A model generated the notes under the pieces. It was not told the origin of the DNA and made no database searches. It saw only the letters and a list, made by a program, of their open reading frames with translations. The position numbers and the translations under genes were made by a program. From Antedon mediterranea (lineage: Eukaryota; Animalia; Echinodermata), in NCBI RefSeq assembly GCF_964355755.1, contig NC_092674.1, positions 14,384,001-14,448,000 on the forward strand: a stretch of 64,000 bases of DNA, in the 5' to 3' direction. This document shows positions 1-12,965 of the stretch, piece after piece. The stretch's first letter is position 1; each line of letters starts with the position of its first letter.

Positions 1-480
1 TTTGTATTTAAGATAATCATGTTCCTTTGTATTCAGTGCTACTAATCACCAACATCATTGATAGAGAACCAGATGTAAACAACAGACGCATCAGAGGTAA
101 TTTAAATCGGACGACGAGGAACCCAAATCATCAACAGAGACAAAGGCGTCCACCAACTCACATTGGCTCCCTAGAGGTATGTCAGTTTAAAAACATATCT
201 TATTCTGAAGGAGCTGTCTAAGCAGGACTGCCAAGCAGGTTAGTTTCGCTAATTGTTTTTTTTTCGAAAAGAATTAATAATTCACATGTCGTATCGTTAC
301 GTAAAATACAGAATGTACATAATCTCCGCGAAGCCATAACACTTATTTCATTACCATGTATATCTCACATCAAGTCGTCTTCAATACCGGTACGTGTCAT
401 TTTTAATTCCGCTTGACCACATTATTCGCTTTACACTCAACGTTTCATTCCCTCTTCTTAAAAATCTACAATTATGTTGT
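1..480. repeat. Duplicated intronic segment X (paralog ~15345-15905)
   Basis: Collinear match, e.g. gatagagaaccagatgtaaacaac and gttagtttcgctaattgttttttttt occur in both copies. Confidence 0.9.
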
Positions 481-2368
481 ACAATTTCAAACATTCTTGT
501 TTTGAAGATGTCGATATCTTGTCGCCCTTGCTTTAATCATTACTGCCTCGACTGTCAGTACTCTGTTATCTAAAACTTCAGTGTCATCCAAAAAACATGT
601 ACTTTTGCACGCTTACTTTACGCGGAAAATATTCGGACGGTTAGTTTAACACCTATTTCCCGTTTAAAAGTCGAAACTCATCTCATTGTAAGCTTTAATA
701 TCATGTACATAAACAACACTGAATGTGTTTCACACTTGCTATATCACTGCATCTCGAACATCTTGACCTGGAGAGGTTCGTCAGAATCCTGTTTGAGCAG
801 AACGATTTATAACAATGACGTCACATATAATAGGACACCGGTTTTTGTAGAGAGTTCGAAATAGAAATGGTTAGGTTAGTCAGTGTGTGCTCTAAATTGA
901 GCTGTTTTTACTTCACAATATCAAATACCTCAATTTGTTTGAAATCTATTAATTTTTTGCGATCATTGATCGTCTTCAATTTTTAATAGTGGTTCTGATT
1001 TTTAAACCATCTTGAGAACAATGTGAGCAGAGTTTGGATTTGATTTACGCATTATCTTTCTGAGCTTAATTGTTGAATCACGTACAGCTATTACTGCATC
1101 TGAAAATTTTGCATATTAAAGTTTAACTAAAATACACCATAGTACCCTGTGTTATCGGAGAAATATTCGAGAAAATATTACACACCTGTAAGTGTAAGTG
1201 CGCACTCATATTGCTTATAATAACTTTGAAAGCACGCTTCGGTATTGTCAATCGCAATGGTTTAGAGCAGGACGCCAAACTGTAGGATATAGCTTTAGGA
1301 TTGGGTGCAGGTAGTGGTGGTAACTGCTGTAACATCAACATGGCTTAATTTTAACGAGAACACGGGGTAACGACACATTTATCAAGAAAGATGCTCTTGA
1401 TCATCATTTTTTAAATACGATGTATTTATAATTATATGGACCTCAACAAAATCCATCTAAAGTACCAGCAGCATTGGTTGACAAACCCTTAATCTTCGAT
1501 CACATACTGACCGTCATTAAGCTTTATAACCAGTCACATCAATTAGGAACTTAATTACACACTACATTGTTTGCAAACTGGTAAGTAATACAACCCAACA
1601 ACACTGTCATGATGTAATTAGGAAAAGAAGGAACAAAATGACTTCTTTCATTGAAACATCAATTTTAATTGATGTTTCAATAAAAATACATACAGGAGCT
1701 ATTTTGGCTTGGTATTATGTACAAAAGCCCTAGAAAACATCTTATTTTATTGTTTTAGTTTTCTTCAGAAATATAACTTTTGATTTCATATTTTAAATAC
1801 GATATTTGTATTCGAGTATTATAATACAGTATGTATAATTTTTCAATACAGGTAGTTTTTTTTTTTTTTGTCTACTTGCTTAATTTCTGTTGCAAAACGC
1901 TGTGATGGAAATGTTGCTTTCCACGTAAACGTACTGCAAGTGCAGATATTAGAGAGGTTTCGCAATCTTACGAATACGATAACGAAAACCTGCTGGAGTT
2001 TTGGAAAACCAAGAATGCGTAAAAAAAATGATGCTTCAACATGCTTATGCGTGGGCTGAAGACAAAATATTAGGCCTAAATTGAATTGGCTTGTTTTTAT
2101 TATAATCTATAGTTTACTTAAATATTGAAAATATTTTGCTATAAAATTATGATTACGTTATTGTGAATCTTTTGTTATCGTTAAATTTATAAACACAGTT
2201 CAACAATTTTCCTATTCCTGTCAATCGAATTTCATTAAACTAAAATGTTTCGATTTCCCATTTTTCTACCAAATCGGAATTGGAAAACCTTATTCTTGAT
2301 GGTAATGATTATTATGTATGTATTATTACACTGTATAATCGATGAAGGAAACATTCATGTGTAAATAT

Positions 2369-2399
<31 letters not shown>

Positions 2400-2689
2400 T
2401 CTCATCCGTTTAGTTTATCATTTATTCAGTGCATAGGCTTCACTGGTAATTGTATTAAAATAAGTGCAAAGTACAACAATTTAGACAAAACAGTACGGTA
2501 TTCAGTACATTCAGTTTCTCAATAACTGTTACGGAGCCTATTTGTACAAAAGATGGTGGACCGATAACGTACACCTTAAACACAGAATGGATCTTTTTTT
2601 CATTTTGGAGGAGATGGTAATAACAGTCCGTCGTCGTTTCAGCAAAGATATCTCCGAGTTGGAATAAGAAACAACAAAACATATCCATC

Positions 2690-3835
2690 TAGTGCACTGT
2701 TTTACGATGAAGTTATGTGGAGAACCCACTGTGATCTACTGTAGCTAAAGTAACCGATATTAGCTTCGATGGTTCACTATGGCAAGAAGCATTACTGTTT
2801 TTGATGATCAACTTTAGATAGCATGGTAACCAACTTAGTGATGTTGCAAGATTTTAAGATGCATGGCCCTTAATGATTTATATGAAGTAGGATTTTCTAA
2901 AAAGAAATACTTCAATAAAGAGTCATAATACTGTAGGTTGAAGCCTTGCAAGTACCAACACAAAGCGTTACTGGAATTCATCAAATCCACAAGATATAAT
3001 AATGTTTGGAGTATCAACCTTGACTTCAACTGATGGACGTGCTGTCTATAACGCAAAAGCTAAAGAGACCTCTCATTCAACGTCATCTCTAAAGTGAAAC
3101 TATTTGCCAATTATTGCATTCATAACACAATTCCAAGTACTGAAGACGCTGGAAATTGCAAACAGACTTTGTAAGTGAACGAGAAAAAGGTGTTAAAATG
3201 CTACTAAATGCTTCTCCGTGAGAGTTAAACACAGGAAGACACCAATCATATACGAACACCATCCTTTCTAGTATTTGTACTCAGTCAAGTTAGATTGGTC
3301 AACCCATATAAACTAAATCACCAATAAAGCAAACAGAATACTAAGATTGCGCAACATAAATCTATATAGTACAATTGTAGTAGGAATATTAAACTTATAG
3401 CTTATAAATATCTTATTCGACCTAAGCTTGAGTAATGTTTTGACGCTTGGCCAAATCACGCATCGGACATGTACAAGCTATATTTGCAGCTAAACACATA
3501 GCACAATAATACGAGGATGCTTCGATGCAACCATTAGCCTAATTTTTGGTGATTTTATGGATTTTAGCACCGTGACCTCTGACTACAGTTGATACAAATT
3601 GTTGCTCATTGTTTATGTTAGATATTATCCTATTATATGCCTAGATAGATATTAGGCCATGTTATTATTATATAGGCCAGGAACTTTGTTAACGTCTATA
3701 TTTTGTATGGTAAATACACATACGCCCGTATTCTTAAACCGGACTTTAGTCGTAGTTCGAGCTAAAACTTGATGAATGACATCATTTTAATTCATAAACA
3801 AAACTTCAACTAAATCGGCGACGAAATCAGGCCAA
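2690..3835. repeat. Duplicated intronic segment Y (paralog ~16260-17388)
   Basis: Long collinear match, e.g. ttttgatgatcaactttagata and aaccttgacttcaactgatgga; includes the left part of the 3723 MITE. Confidence 0.9.
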
Positions 3836-4531
3836 CCTCGGCTAAATCGAGACGGATTTTGATCGATGGCGCAGGCTAAATCGCCGACTAAATGGTATTT
3901 AAACGAGGTTTATAAAAAAATATGACAGTCGTTGAGTTTTTATATTGGCCAGATATTGAAGAATGAAATATCTATTTTTATATTAGTTGAATTAAATATG
4001 CATTGGTATAATGTTGATGCAAATCATGTTTATTTACAACCTTATACAAATTACATAAATTTCTTCACGCAAGTCCGCGATAGAACGTTTATAGCGCTTT
4101 CTTGTCACACTATGATGTACGTGATTCGTCGCGATCATACTTTGTTGGAGGCCTATAAAATATGGAAGTTTTTGTTTGTTGTTACTGAAAAGTACTTTAC
4201 TTTTAAATTAATACTGATCTTGTTTCTATAATAAACGATTAAGATTATATTTCATGTATAGTCCTGATGCGTAAAAAGTTTTGTTATAACAAAATGGAAA
4301 GTGATATTAATGCGCAAAATTTCGTTATTTATCATTGGCCCATTTTAATTTATGATATTTATTAAAATAGCCTTTGTTACCCAGACGTGTAAAACTCGAC
4401 TAAAGCTCGACTTCATTAAGACAAACTGCAAACTTCTTCTATGAATCGACTTTGAAGTATTAGCTCAAACTAGTACTTTTTGAAGTCGAAGTTCGAACTA
4501 TGACTAAAGTTCGGTTTAAGAATAACGGGCG
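3723..4531. mobile_element. Non-autonomous TIR element (MITE); truncated copy at ~17276-17388
   Basis: Imperfect TIRs cgcccgtattcttaaaccggactttagtcgtagttcga / tcgaactatgactaaagttcggtttaagaataacgggcg, flanked by TA on both sides; superfamily not determined. Confidence 0.75.
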
Positions 4532-5244
4532 TAAATGGCTATTTAAATTATATGGAGTAGGGAAATATATTATAAAGAGCGTTACCTTCGCAATAAGCAA
4601 TTCAAAGTTTAATATTTTAAATGTGAACGTACCCCCCCCCCCCCCTCCCCTAATTCATCAAATGTGCCATGACAAGGACAGTAATCGGTGATACCATTCA
4701 AAACACACATTTGGCTTTGATTAAATTTAATTCAATAGTTTGGAGTCATTTTATAACAAGTAATTTCCAGGGTTCGAATTGTATACGATTAATAATTCAA
4801 CGTATCTGTATTATTTGTTCATGTAGTCGACATGTATGCTGTTGTACACACAGCCTTGCTTACACTTATTTATTTACGCCTAAACTTCACTACAGTACAA
4901 TAGAACCTCTCTTAATTTTCGAACACCCCTATTCAGGGAACGAGAACTCAGACTGCTAAAAGAAACAACACTACAAAAGCAAACAGGGATTAAGAACTCT
5001 AACTGAGAAAGAAACAAAATCATAAAAGCAAATACAAAAAATGACTAAATAATTATATTCATCATTATTAATACAAAACTTCGGTACTTTCTCTGGTTCG
5101 AAATTTGTTATTGGATAATCGTTGGTTGCTAAATTTTCAATTCTTCTAGATTTATTCAGTCAGTCCAGATCAATTATTAAGAGACAATTATCGAAAGGTG
5201 AGGTTCCAAAGGTGACCTTTTATTAGGTGTTCTTTGTATTCTAA

Positions 5245-5300
5245 AACCATCTGTGGGCGCGACCTAGATGGTACGCGAGCGAATTGAGCAATACGTCTAG
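5245..5300 (+). mobile_element. Helitron 3'-end fragment
   Basis: ccatctgtgggcgcgacctagatggtacgcgagcgaa...ctag|t matches the ends at 36360-36400 and 53216-53275. Confidence 0.65.
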
Positions 5301-5497
5301 TATTATTAAATATCGTCAACAAAATGATAATGTTACTACTGGACAAGTGGTGGCCAATATAAACATAATAATAACCACCAAATATAATTATTGTTACTCA
5401 CTCTACCCGAAGACAATTCCTAAACGAATCGGATAGAGCAAAAGACAAGCAATGCACCAAACGTTGCCACTTTTAAGAATAAATTGAACACCATTAA

Positions 5498-8322
5498 AGA
5501 TGTATTGTCCCCCTGAACAAACATTTTTTTTTTTTAAAGGCCATTTTAATGATACATAAAAGTTATTCACTTTGAAAAAAAATTGGATCAAAAAAAAAAT
5601 TATTTACCTTAGAAAATCGTAATTTAAAGTAAAAAATAGTCAACCGGAAGTCGGTTGGCTGGCAGCTAGCTGGCTTCCGGTTTAAATTAACCCTTGACCT
5701 GAATTAGCTTATGAATTATGCATATTGTATGATTCTTGTGCGTGTATGTGACCTCTAGGTCATCAGAAAAAAAATACGACGTGATATGGCGAGACGACGA
5801 TGTGGGAAAGTTCTGTAGTTTAACAACAAAAAAACAACTCCTACTTGAAGAAAAGACTATGGCTAGGCCCTAGCATATTGGTAAGTAAGAACTGTAGTTT
5901 CTATGGTGCAGCTTTGTTAGTTAGTATAGGAAGCCTAGCTAGCCCATTACAGCTGTAATGGGCTAGCTAGTGTACTATCCCCTATCTATTGGCTAGCTAG
6001 GCCTAGAGTAGTAGCTAGTCTAGTAGTAGTAGTAGTACTAGGCCTAGTTGTAGGCCTGAGTGAGGGTTCACCCTGAGTGAGTAGCAGGCCTAGCTAATAC
6101 TAATAGATACAACTTGTAAGCCTTATTAATACTTATTGCCAACCTAGCTTTAAATAGGATTAGGCCTATAACATTAATCTGTGAGCATGGAGTAAGGAAT
6201 AAGGTTTTAGCATGGAGGTATAAAAATAAAATATTTTATACCTCCATGGTTTTATTGTGACTTGTGTGAATTTCGACACCACCAACTCGTCTTATTTTTA
6301 GTATAATACTATAATATTTAATAATAATCTTTAATTTATCATTATTCATATCACTTTTCATTCATTTTAAAACATATAATTTTCTTTTCTATGTAGAGTT
6401 TGTGATTAAAAAAAATTATACATAAAAGCAGCAAAACTCAAAAAGCGAAAACTTGTGAATGGCTGCCAAAAATAGAAAATAAGGTCACCACCAGGGCCAG
6501 GAGAGATTATGGTGCTTGGTTTTTCCTTCATGATTAATTAGATTTTAATGCTAATATAAATTTGTGAAAATTGTAACTAGGCCTATACTGTACATCCAAT
6601 AATGTAATTATTTTAGAGAAAATGACCAAATAATCTAAGTTAAATATTTTTTGGAATGTGTACTTTACAGTACTTAGTACCGTTATGTTGAAAATTCTTC
6701 CAAAGCAATAACGTTCAAACCAACATTCACACAATTAAACTTTTTATGTACATATTTTAATAAATAATGTCTTTCTTTTAATAGGTATTAACACACTTGA
6801 ATGAACAATATGAGCAAGTAGTGGAAAATGGTGAAGAAATCAACACAAAATGTGGTAGCAACATTCACAATATTTATTTGAACGTTTCTTACTATGACAC
6901 TTTAAAATGGATGAACAATCACAGAAGACAAGCTATTGCTGTAATGCCACAATTAACACATCAATTAATAGTTGAAAATAAATTGTCAACAATAATGCAG
7001 AAATTCAATGAAATATACTAGTAATTAACTCATTTTTTACTGTACTGTACTGTAAATCTTCACACATTAAAATGATGGTGATTTTATCTCATGTACTGTA
7101 GTAGTATTTTTTATTTATTTAATGCTGTATACAAATGTTATTGCTCTAATTATGAAAACTATACAACATTTTAAAAGCTGGAAAACAACCAACACATTTG
7201 CCTAATGCTTTATGATAGTCATCCAATATTTATCTTGTGTTCCACTACCGAGTCTACTGCCAGTTGCCTTTAAAATGCTGTATGGGTGTAACTTCTGTTC
7301 CAGTCTTCATTAGCTTAAGTCTATAAATTGAAAAACAATGATGTATAAATACAAAAGTCAAATAGAAAAGTTAAATATTTCACAATTTATTGCATACATA
7401 TAATTATTATTTCTGTACATGAATCTGAAGTTTTCAATTTGGGGTACTAATGTACAGTAAGGAATCCCTGAAAAGTGCATCTCCTCCCTAAAAAAGGCCT
7501 ATTCTAATTACTAGTGTTTTCGTTTTGGTTGCTATCAACAACAATCTATTCTACCGTCAACTTCTTTGGTACTGTATGCTGATCATTTTCCAAATGTTCG
7601 TTTTTTGACTTCAAAATTAATTCGAGCTCCAAATGTATATCAGTGGTACATCAACATAGTAGGCCTATTTCCTGTAGCTAGTTGTGGAGTGATGGCTTAG
7701 CTAGGTGAGTACGACATATAGGACCTAGCTAGGCCTCAAAGTGGGTTCCCGTCTACTTTTCTGACCCGATTATCTGCCTGCCTACAGCTGCTGCTACACT
7801 ACACTACACAGTAGTAAACTACAGTACTAACTAGGCCTAGGCCCTACTAGACAGTAGAAGTAGGCTTATATTATAGCCCTAGCCTAGATAGCTAAGCCTA
7901 TAACTATACGCCAAAAACTATTATAGGAGGATGTGTCATTCATCTAAAATAGAATTCTACTTACCAGCAAATTAACGGCAGAGCTTTTTACATCATACCA
8001 TCAGGGAAACCCCAGCACTTTCTTCTGTTCTTCGCACATGTTTGTTTACGTGGTGAACAGATCGGATCTCCCCTGTTTGGATACTCATTAACATATCATG
8101 CATATTTATGAGCTGTTAGCTAACCATCGTTATTTTGGAATTTCTGAACTTATGAGTTCGAAAAAATGGTAAACTTATTTTGATTTTTTATAAGCGAAAT
8201 CAATATTTTTTTCGGATTTTTTTTCGGCGAAAGTGAATAACTTTATTATAACTACAAAATGGTCTATTCAAAATTTGATTTTTTTCATCTTTATTTTTCA
8301 TGTTTTGGGGGACAATACAACT
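5498..8322. mobile_element. Kolobok-like non-autonomous DNA transposon, copy 1
   Basis: TTAA TSD (5494-5497, 8323-8326); TIR agatgtattgtcccc / ggggacaatacaact; a purine-purine terminus with TTAA TSD fits Kolobok; no transposase ORF. Confidence 0.8.
6211..6248. mobile_element. 38-bp hairpin micro-element (CATGGAGGTATAAA family)
   Basis: catggaggtataaaa...ttttatacctccatg flanked by gttttag/gttttat; related copy at 57930-57954 with ctttaac on both sides. Confidence 0.6.
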
Positions 8323-8820
8323 TTAACAATTAATTTCGTAAAAGCATATTTTGTCATTAATTATCCTTTTTTTTAATTGTTTGCTCTTTTTGGAAGTCAA
8401 CAATACTAATACAGATATATGTAACTTGTATTATCATATTTTTGTGACGTCGTTTGTGGTACACAATACTTAGTTGCATATTTTCCACCTGTGGGTTGGT
8501 TTAAATAGACGAGGTATTTGTAAAAGGAAAAGTTAGGTTGTGCACAACGAATGAATAAAGTGAACGGTACCAAGTAAGATGTATTGTTTATTTATATTCT
8601 AAGCATAACAATATAAGCACTTTATTAGTTTATTAGTCGCTGTTTGCGTTTTTTCACGTTCGAACACGGTATCGTTGACCTAAACGCAACTCTATTAAAC
8701 TGTTCGCCGAGTGTCGCATTGATTGCAACACACTGCGTTGATTGCAAGGTAGCAAACGCCGCCAAGACAATGTAATGTACATTGGCGCAATGTTCCGGGA
8801 GTGTGCAGTTTAGTGTTTAC

Positions 8821-9213
8821 ATTTTGTTGATAAGTCAGTCTGTGGAGCACATGCTTAGGAAGTTAATAATGTTTCTTTTCTTTTAGTTTTAAAGTTTTAA
8901 ATTTATAATTCGCCTTCAATTATCGTACGAAGGAAGAAAAATTAAATCCACCACTTTTAAACAAGATGATTTGAGCAGAGGCAGATCAACGAAATTATTC
9001 TTAAATTATCAATATGTCGGGGAATAAACCCGGACTAGTGTTTTAACATATGTGTGGTTAGGCCTACATTACAAAATTATAGTGGGAACCGAATACATTT
9101 TCGTCGCATTGTTGTAAATAGGGGGTGGAAGTGCAAAATTGATAGATTAGCTTTTTGCACTTGGCATGCTCTCTTCATTGTTCTGCAACTTCATTTATTC
9201 GTTTAAAAAATAA
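8821..9213. repeat. Duplicated intronic segment Z (paralog ~25843-26283)
   Basis: attttgttgataagtcagtctgtggagcacatgc through tcatttattcgttt is collinear in both copies. Confidence 0.9.
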
Positions 9214-9218
9214 CGAAT

Positions 9219-11702
9219 AGGCCATTTTAATTGCACATAAAAGTTATTCACTTTGAACTCAAATTGGATCGAAAAGAAAAATTATTTACTCGAGAAAATC
9301 GTAATTTAAAGCAAAAATTAACCAACCGGAAGCTATTTGTCTGGAAGACAAACGTGTTCCGGTTTAATTTAACCCTTGACCTGAGTTAGCTCATAAATAT
9401 TCATATTGTATGGATACATCGTGTGGATGATGGTTCTCTTGCTCAACAAACAGCCAACAACGCGACGATGGCAATGCATAGAGAGAGTCGAGTAGTGACG
9501 TTGACGCGAGACGATAGACTATAGCTAGCACTGTAGCAGAATACTAAGTAGAACTGCGGTTGGTAACTTTGATGTTGAATCTTATTTATTTAGGTGAGTT
9601 TTTGTTTCGCTAGAAGGAGAGGCCTAGTTAGGCCTAGGCTAGGCCCGAATTTGCTGCTACTGTACTAGCCTAGGCCTAGTAGTACTAGCACAACCACATG
9701 GCAGGCAGTTTCGGGTAGCCTTACCTGCTGCCTCCTTCTGTTTCTAGAAGTAGAGGTAGGCCTAGGCTAGGCAGTACACTGCTAGCTAGGGCTAGACCAC
9801 CACCAGGAGGGGTGTATTTTTGGTTTATAATTTTTTTTTTCCATCATGATGAATTGGTTTAATTTGTTAGGATTTCAACTATCTATTCTGCAGAGAAAAT
9901 TACCAAATAAATCTAAATATTGTTTTGGATGTTTTTACTGTACAGTATTTTAAAAATATTTTCTGCATCAAATGCAATAGCTTCAAATCAACATTTGCAC
10001 AATTAACCATTTTGTGCAGATATTTTGATACAAATTTCTTCTTTTTTTTCAGGTATTAACATTGATTGAACAATAAGAGCAAGTGAAGTAGTGAGAAACA
10101 CAAAATGTACCGTACAGAGTGGCAACATTCACAAATTTATTGAAACATTTCTTACTATTAAAATGACACTTTGTAATGGATATGAGCGATCTTAGAAGAC
10201 TATAGCTGCCGTAATTACTGCCACAATCAACACATTGATATTAGTAGACAAATTGACACAAAAAACAATACAGGAATTCAATAAGATATACTGTAACTGT
10301 ATATATATATAAATTTTATTAACTCCTTTTGCACTGTAATATTTACAGTAACATTATGAAGTGTAAGTAAAATTGAAGAATTTATTCTGTGTACTGTTTT
10401 AGTAGTATTTTTTATTTATTGAATGTTTACAAAATATTATACTGTACAAATATTATTGCTTTATAAAAAAAATTATACATTTTACAAGCTGAACAGGAAC
10501 ATACTGGCCGAATGCAGCATCACAAATATTTTTCTTGCAATATCCAATCATATTCCAATACAGAGTCTATCTTGAGTTGTCTTTATGAAGTACGAATGTG
10601 ACCTCTGTTCCAGTCTTCATCAGCTCAACGTCTTTAAATAAAAAATTTTAAATAATGATGTATAAATAAGTTAAATATTTCACAAAATCTAAAGTTTTTA
10701 ATTTCGGCAAAGTACGAAAACCTGGAATTTGGTATTTAGAAATAGGTCTAGATCATGCACATTTTGTACAAAATGTGGGCTAGTGAAATTGCTTGCTTTG
10801 ACATATAAGTAGGCCTACACTAACTTTTTATGGTAAAACACATTACAACTTAATAAAGAGAAAACAAGTACAGTATTTGACTTACTACAGTACAGAGTAA
10901 CATGGTAAAGAACAGTAGTTTGTGTTGTAAAATGGCTAAGCTGGCTTTTCCCCTCTGTCTACTTGTACTTGCTGCTGGAGGAAGGTTCTCAACTTCAGGC
11001 TTGTTGTAAGTTGTATTGTATTGTAACCATTTTCCCTGAAAAAATGTTTGTTTTATTTTTATCATAAAACTAGTTAAACAAGATTCAACTGTAAATTATG
11101 TATATGGTACAGCAGACTGGCTGTATTTTCGGATTGATGGCCTAGCCTAGGCCAGTCTATGAAGAGTACAATGTAAAGGGCCTAGCTGGGCATTTTCTGC
11201 AGGGACCCAATTGTCCCAGCAGCCTGCCTGCTCTACTACGATACTACTACTAGCCTATGCCTATGCATGTATTATTCTAGGCCTACGTCTGTCTAGTTTG
11301 CGTTATATATATAATTATTATATTTAAAATAACCGTCTAGGCCTACTTACCGACAAATTAACAGCTTAGCTTTACATACGATCAGGGGAAACCCCCAGTC
11401 GCGTCGATCTCTGGGTGTTTGTACAACGTGCATCATCCATGTTTGTTAGATCAGATCCCAGCTGTGTCGATGCTCATTAACATATCATGCATATTTATGA
11501 GTTAGCTCTATCGGCCTAAATTTTGAGCTGACAAGTTGGGAAAATTGATTAACTTATTTTGTTTTTTTTCTTAGCGAAATTAATAATTTTTTCGGATTTT
11601 TTTTTGGCGAAAGTGAACAACTTTATTATAGCTACAATATGGTCTATTCAAAATTTGATTTAATTGATCTTCATTTTTCATGTTTTGGGGGACAATACAA
11701 CT
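9219..11702. mobile_element. Kolobok-like element, copy 2 (left TIR missing)
   Basis: Collinear, diverged homolog of 5498-8322; same right end catgttttgggggacaatacaact|ttaa; begins at aggccattttaa, about 45 bp inside the left end. Confidence 0.8.
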
Positions 11703-11932
11703 TTAACCATGACGAGGCAGCAGTGTTCCGAACCATGTGAGGGATACAACCGTGCAGTTCTCGACAATTTAGTCATCCTCGCCAAAAAAAAATGGTCTGT
11801 AATATGACCCGCGATGATCTTGCTTCATTTAGGTATGTTATTATTGGCACGCCCTTTAAATTGTAAAATTAAACACTTTTTTAAATCACACTGAATTATA
11901 TAGCACATATTATTTATGTGTGTAACACTTAC

Positions 11933-12031
11933 TTTGGTCTGAAGATCCAATTTAGCACCTTCCTTGAGCAAAATGGAGCAAACATCTGTGTGGCCGTTTT
12001 GTGCAGCCACATATAAAGGTGACGTTCCATT
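11933..12031 (-). CDS. Ankyrin-repeat exon (99 bp, phase 0): NGTSPLYVAAQNGHTDVCSILLKEGAKLDLQTK
   Basis: Canonical 33-aa ankyrin consensus; tttcag acceptor and gtaagt donor. Confidence 0.95.
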
Positions 12032-12923
12032 CTGAAATATTACAAACATTATGTTATAGTATTTTCTCTCTCTAAACAAAGTATTATAATATTGTCCTGG
12101 AATCAATACGATGTGATCATTTAAAAATGACGTTATAGATTTAAATAATGCTACATTGTTAAATTCTATAAAAATTATCAACCATTGATGTTTTCTTTAA
12201 GATAATGTATTGTATACGTATTCATTTGTCTTTCTTGTATAACCTTTTTTATAGTATTTTATAAATGTAAAACAAATAAGTGTTTTTTTTTTTTCATCCG
12301 CTAGTGCTAACTAGTCTGAGTGTAAATTATGATAAAGTGACGTTTGAACTGGCAGTTACAGCTAATATATGCAGGCTCCAAATTCTGTTCAGGTAACACA
12401 TTTGGACTGCTAAATTCTTACTATTGGTTTAATTTTACCGCTACTTGGAGGGAATATGTTTTTTTAAAGTGGTTTATAAAATCTCAATTCATATTAATTT
12501 ATTGTATCATTTTGCATAAAATACAATTCAAAAACAGAAAACTGAAAAACCACGACATATCATTCTCTAACATTCAGTGCCCTAAAGGCATAAATGGTAA
12601 CAATGATTACGGAATCTTTTACGAGAGGTAATGGACCTTTTCTTTGAACGTTGAGATAGTGCATTGAATATGTTGGGTCTTGCAAAATTTAATGTGTTTC
12701 CTCAGTAAAGTCTCTAATAAAAATGAATCAAATTGAGATCTGCTCAATTATAAGTACAGTAGTCTTATACGTGAAGCATAACAAACAATACGTTCCAGCT
12801 AATTCTTACATGTGGTCCCGGTAAACTATAAAACAATGAATAATGAGAATACTTTCAATTACAGATTTATAACAAAAGACGTATGACTAATGGAAGGGTT
12901 AACTCCTAAATATTTGAGTCTAC

Positions 12924-12965
12924 CAGGGAAGAGTTAAATTACAACTCTCAATTAACTCTTCCCTG
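12924..12965. mobile_element. 42-bp hairpin micro-element (CAGGGAAGAGTTA family)
   Basis: cagggaagagttaa...ttaactcttccctg with 7-bp TSD agtctac. Confidence 0.8.

Noticed and set aside
9846-9930. Intronic C/D snoRNA in the Kolobok element
   Set aside because: The atgatga box C is not conserved in copy 1 and no suitably placed CTGA box D was found.
11825-12181. 118-aa single-exon gene
   Set aside because: Only 11933-12031 is ankyrin-like and bounded by splice sites; the rest is intron read-through.
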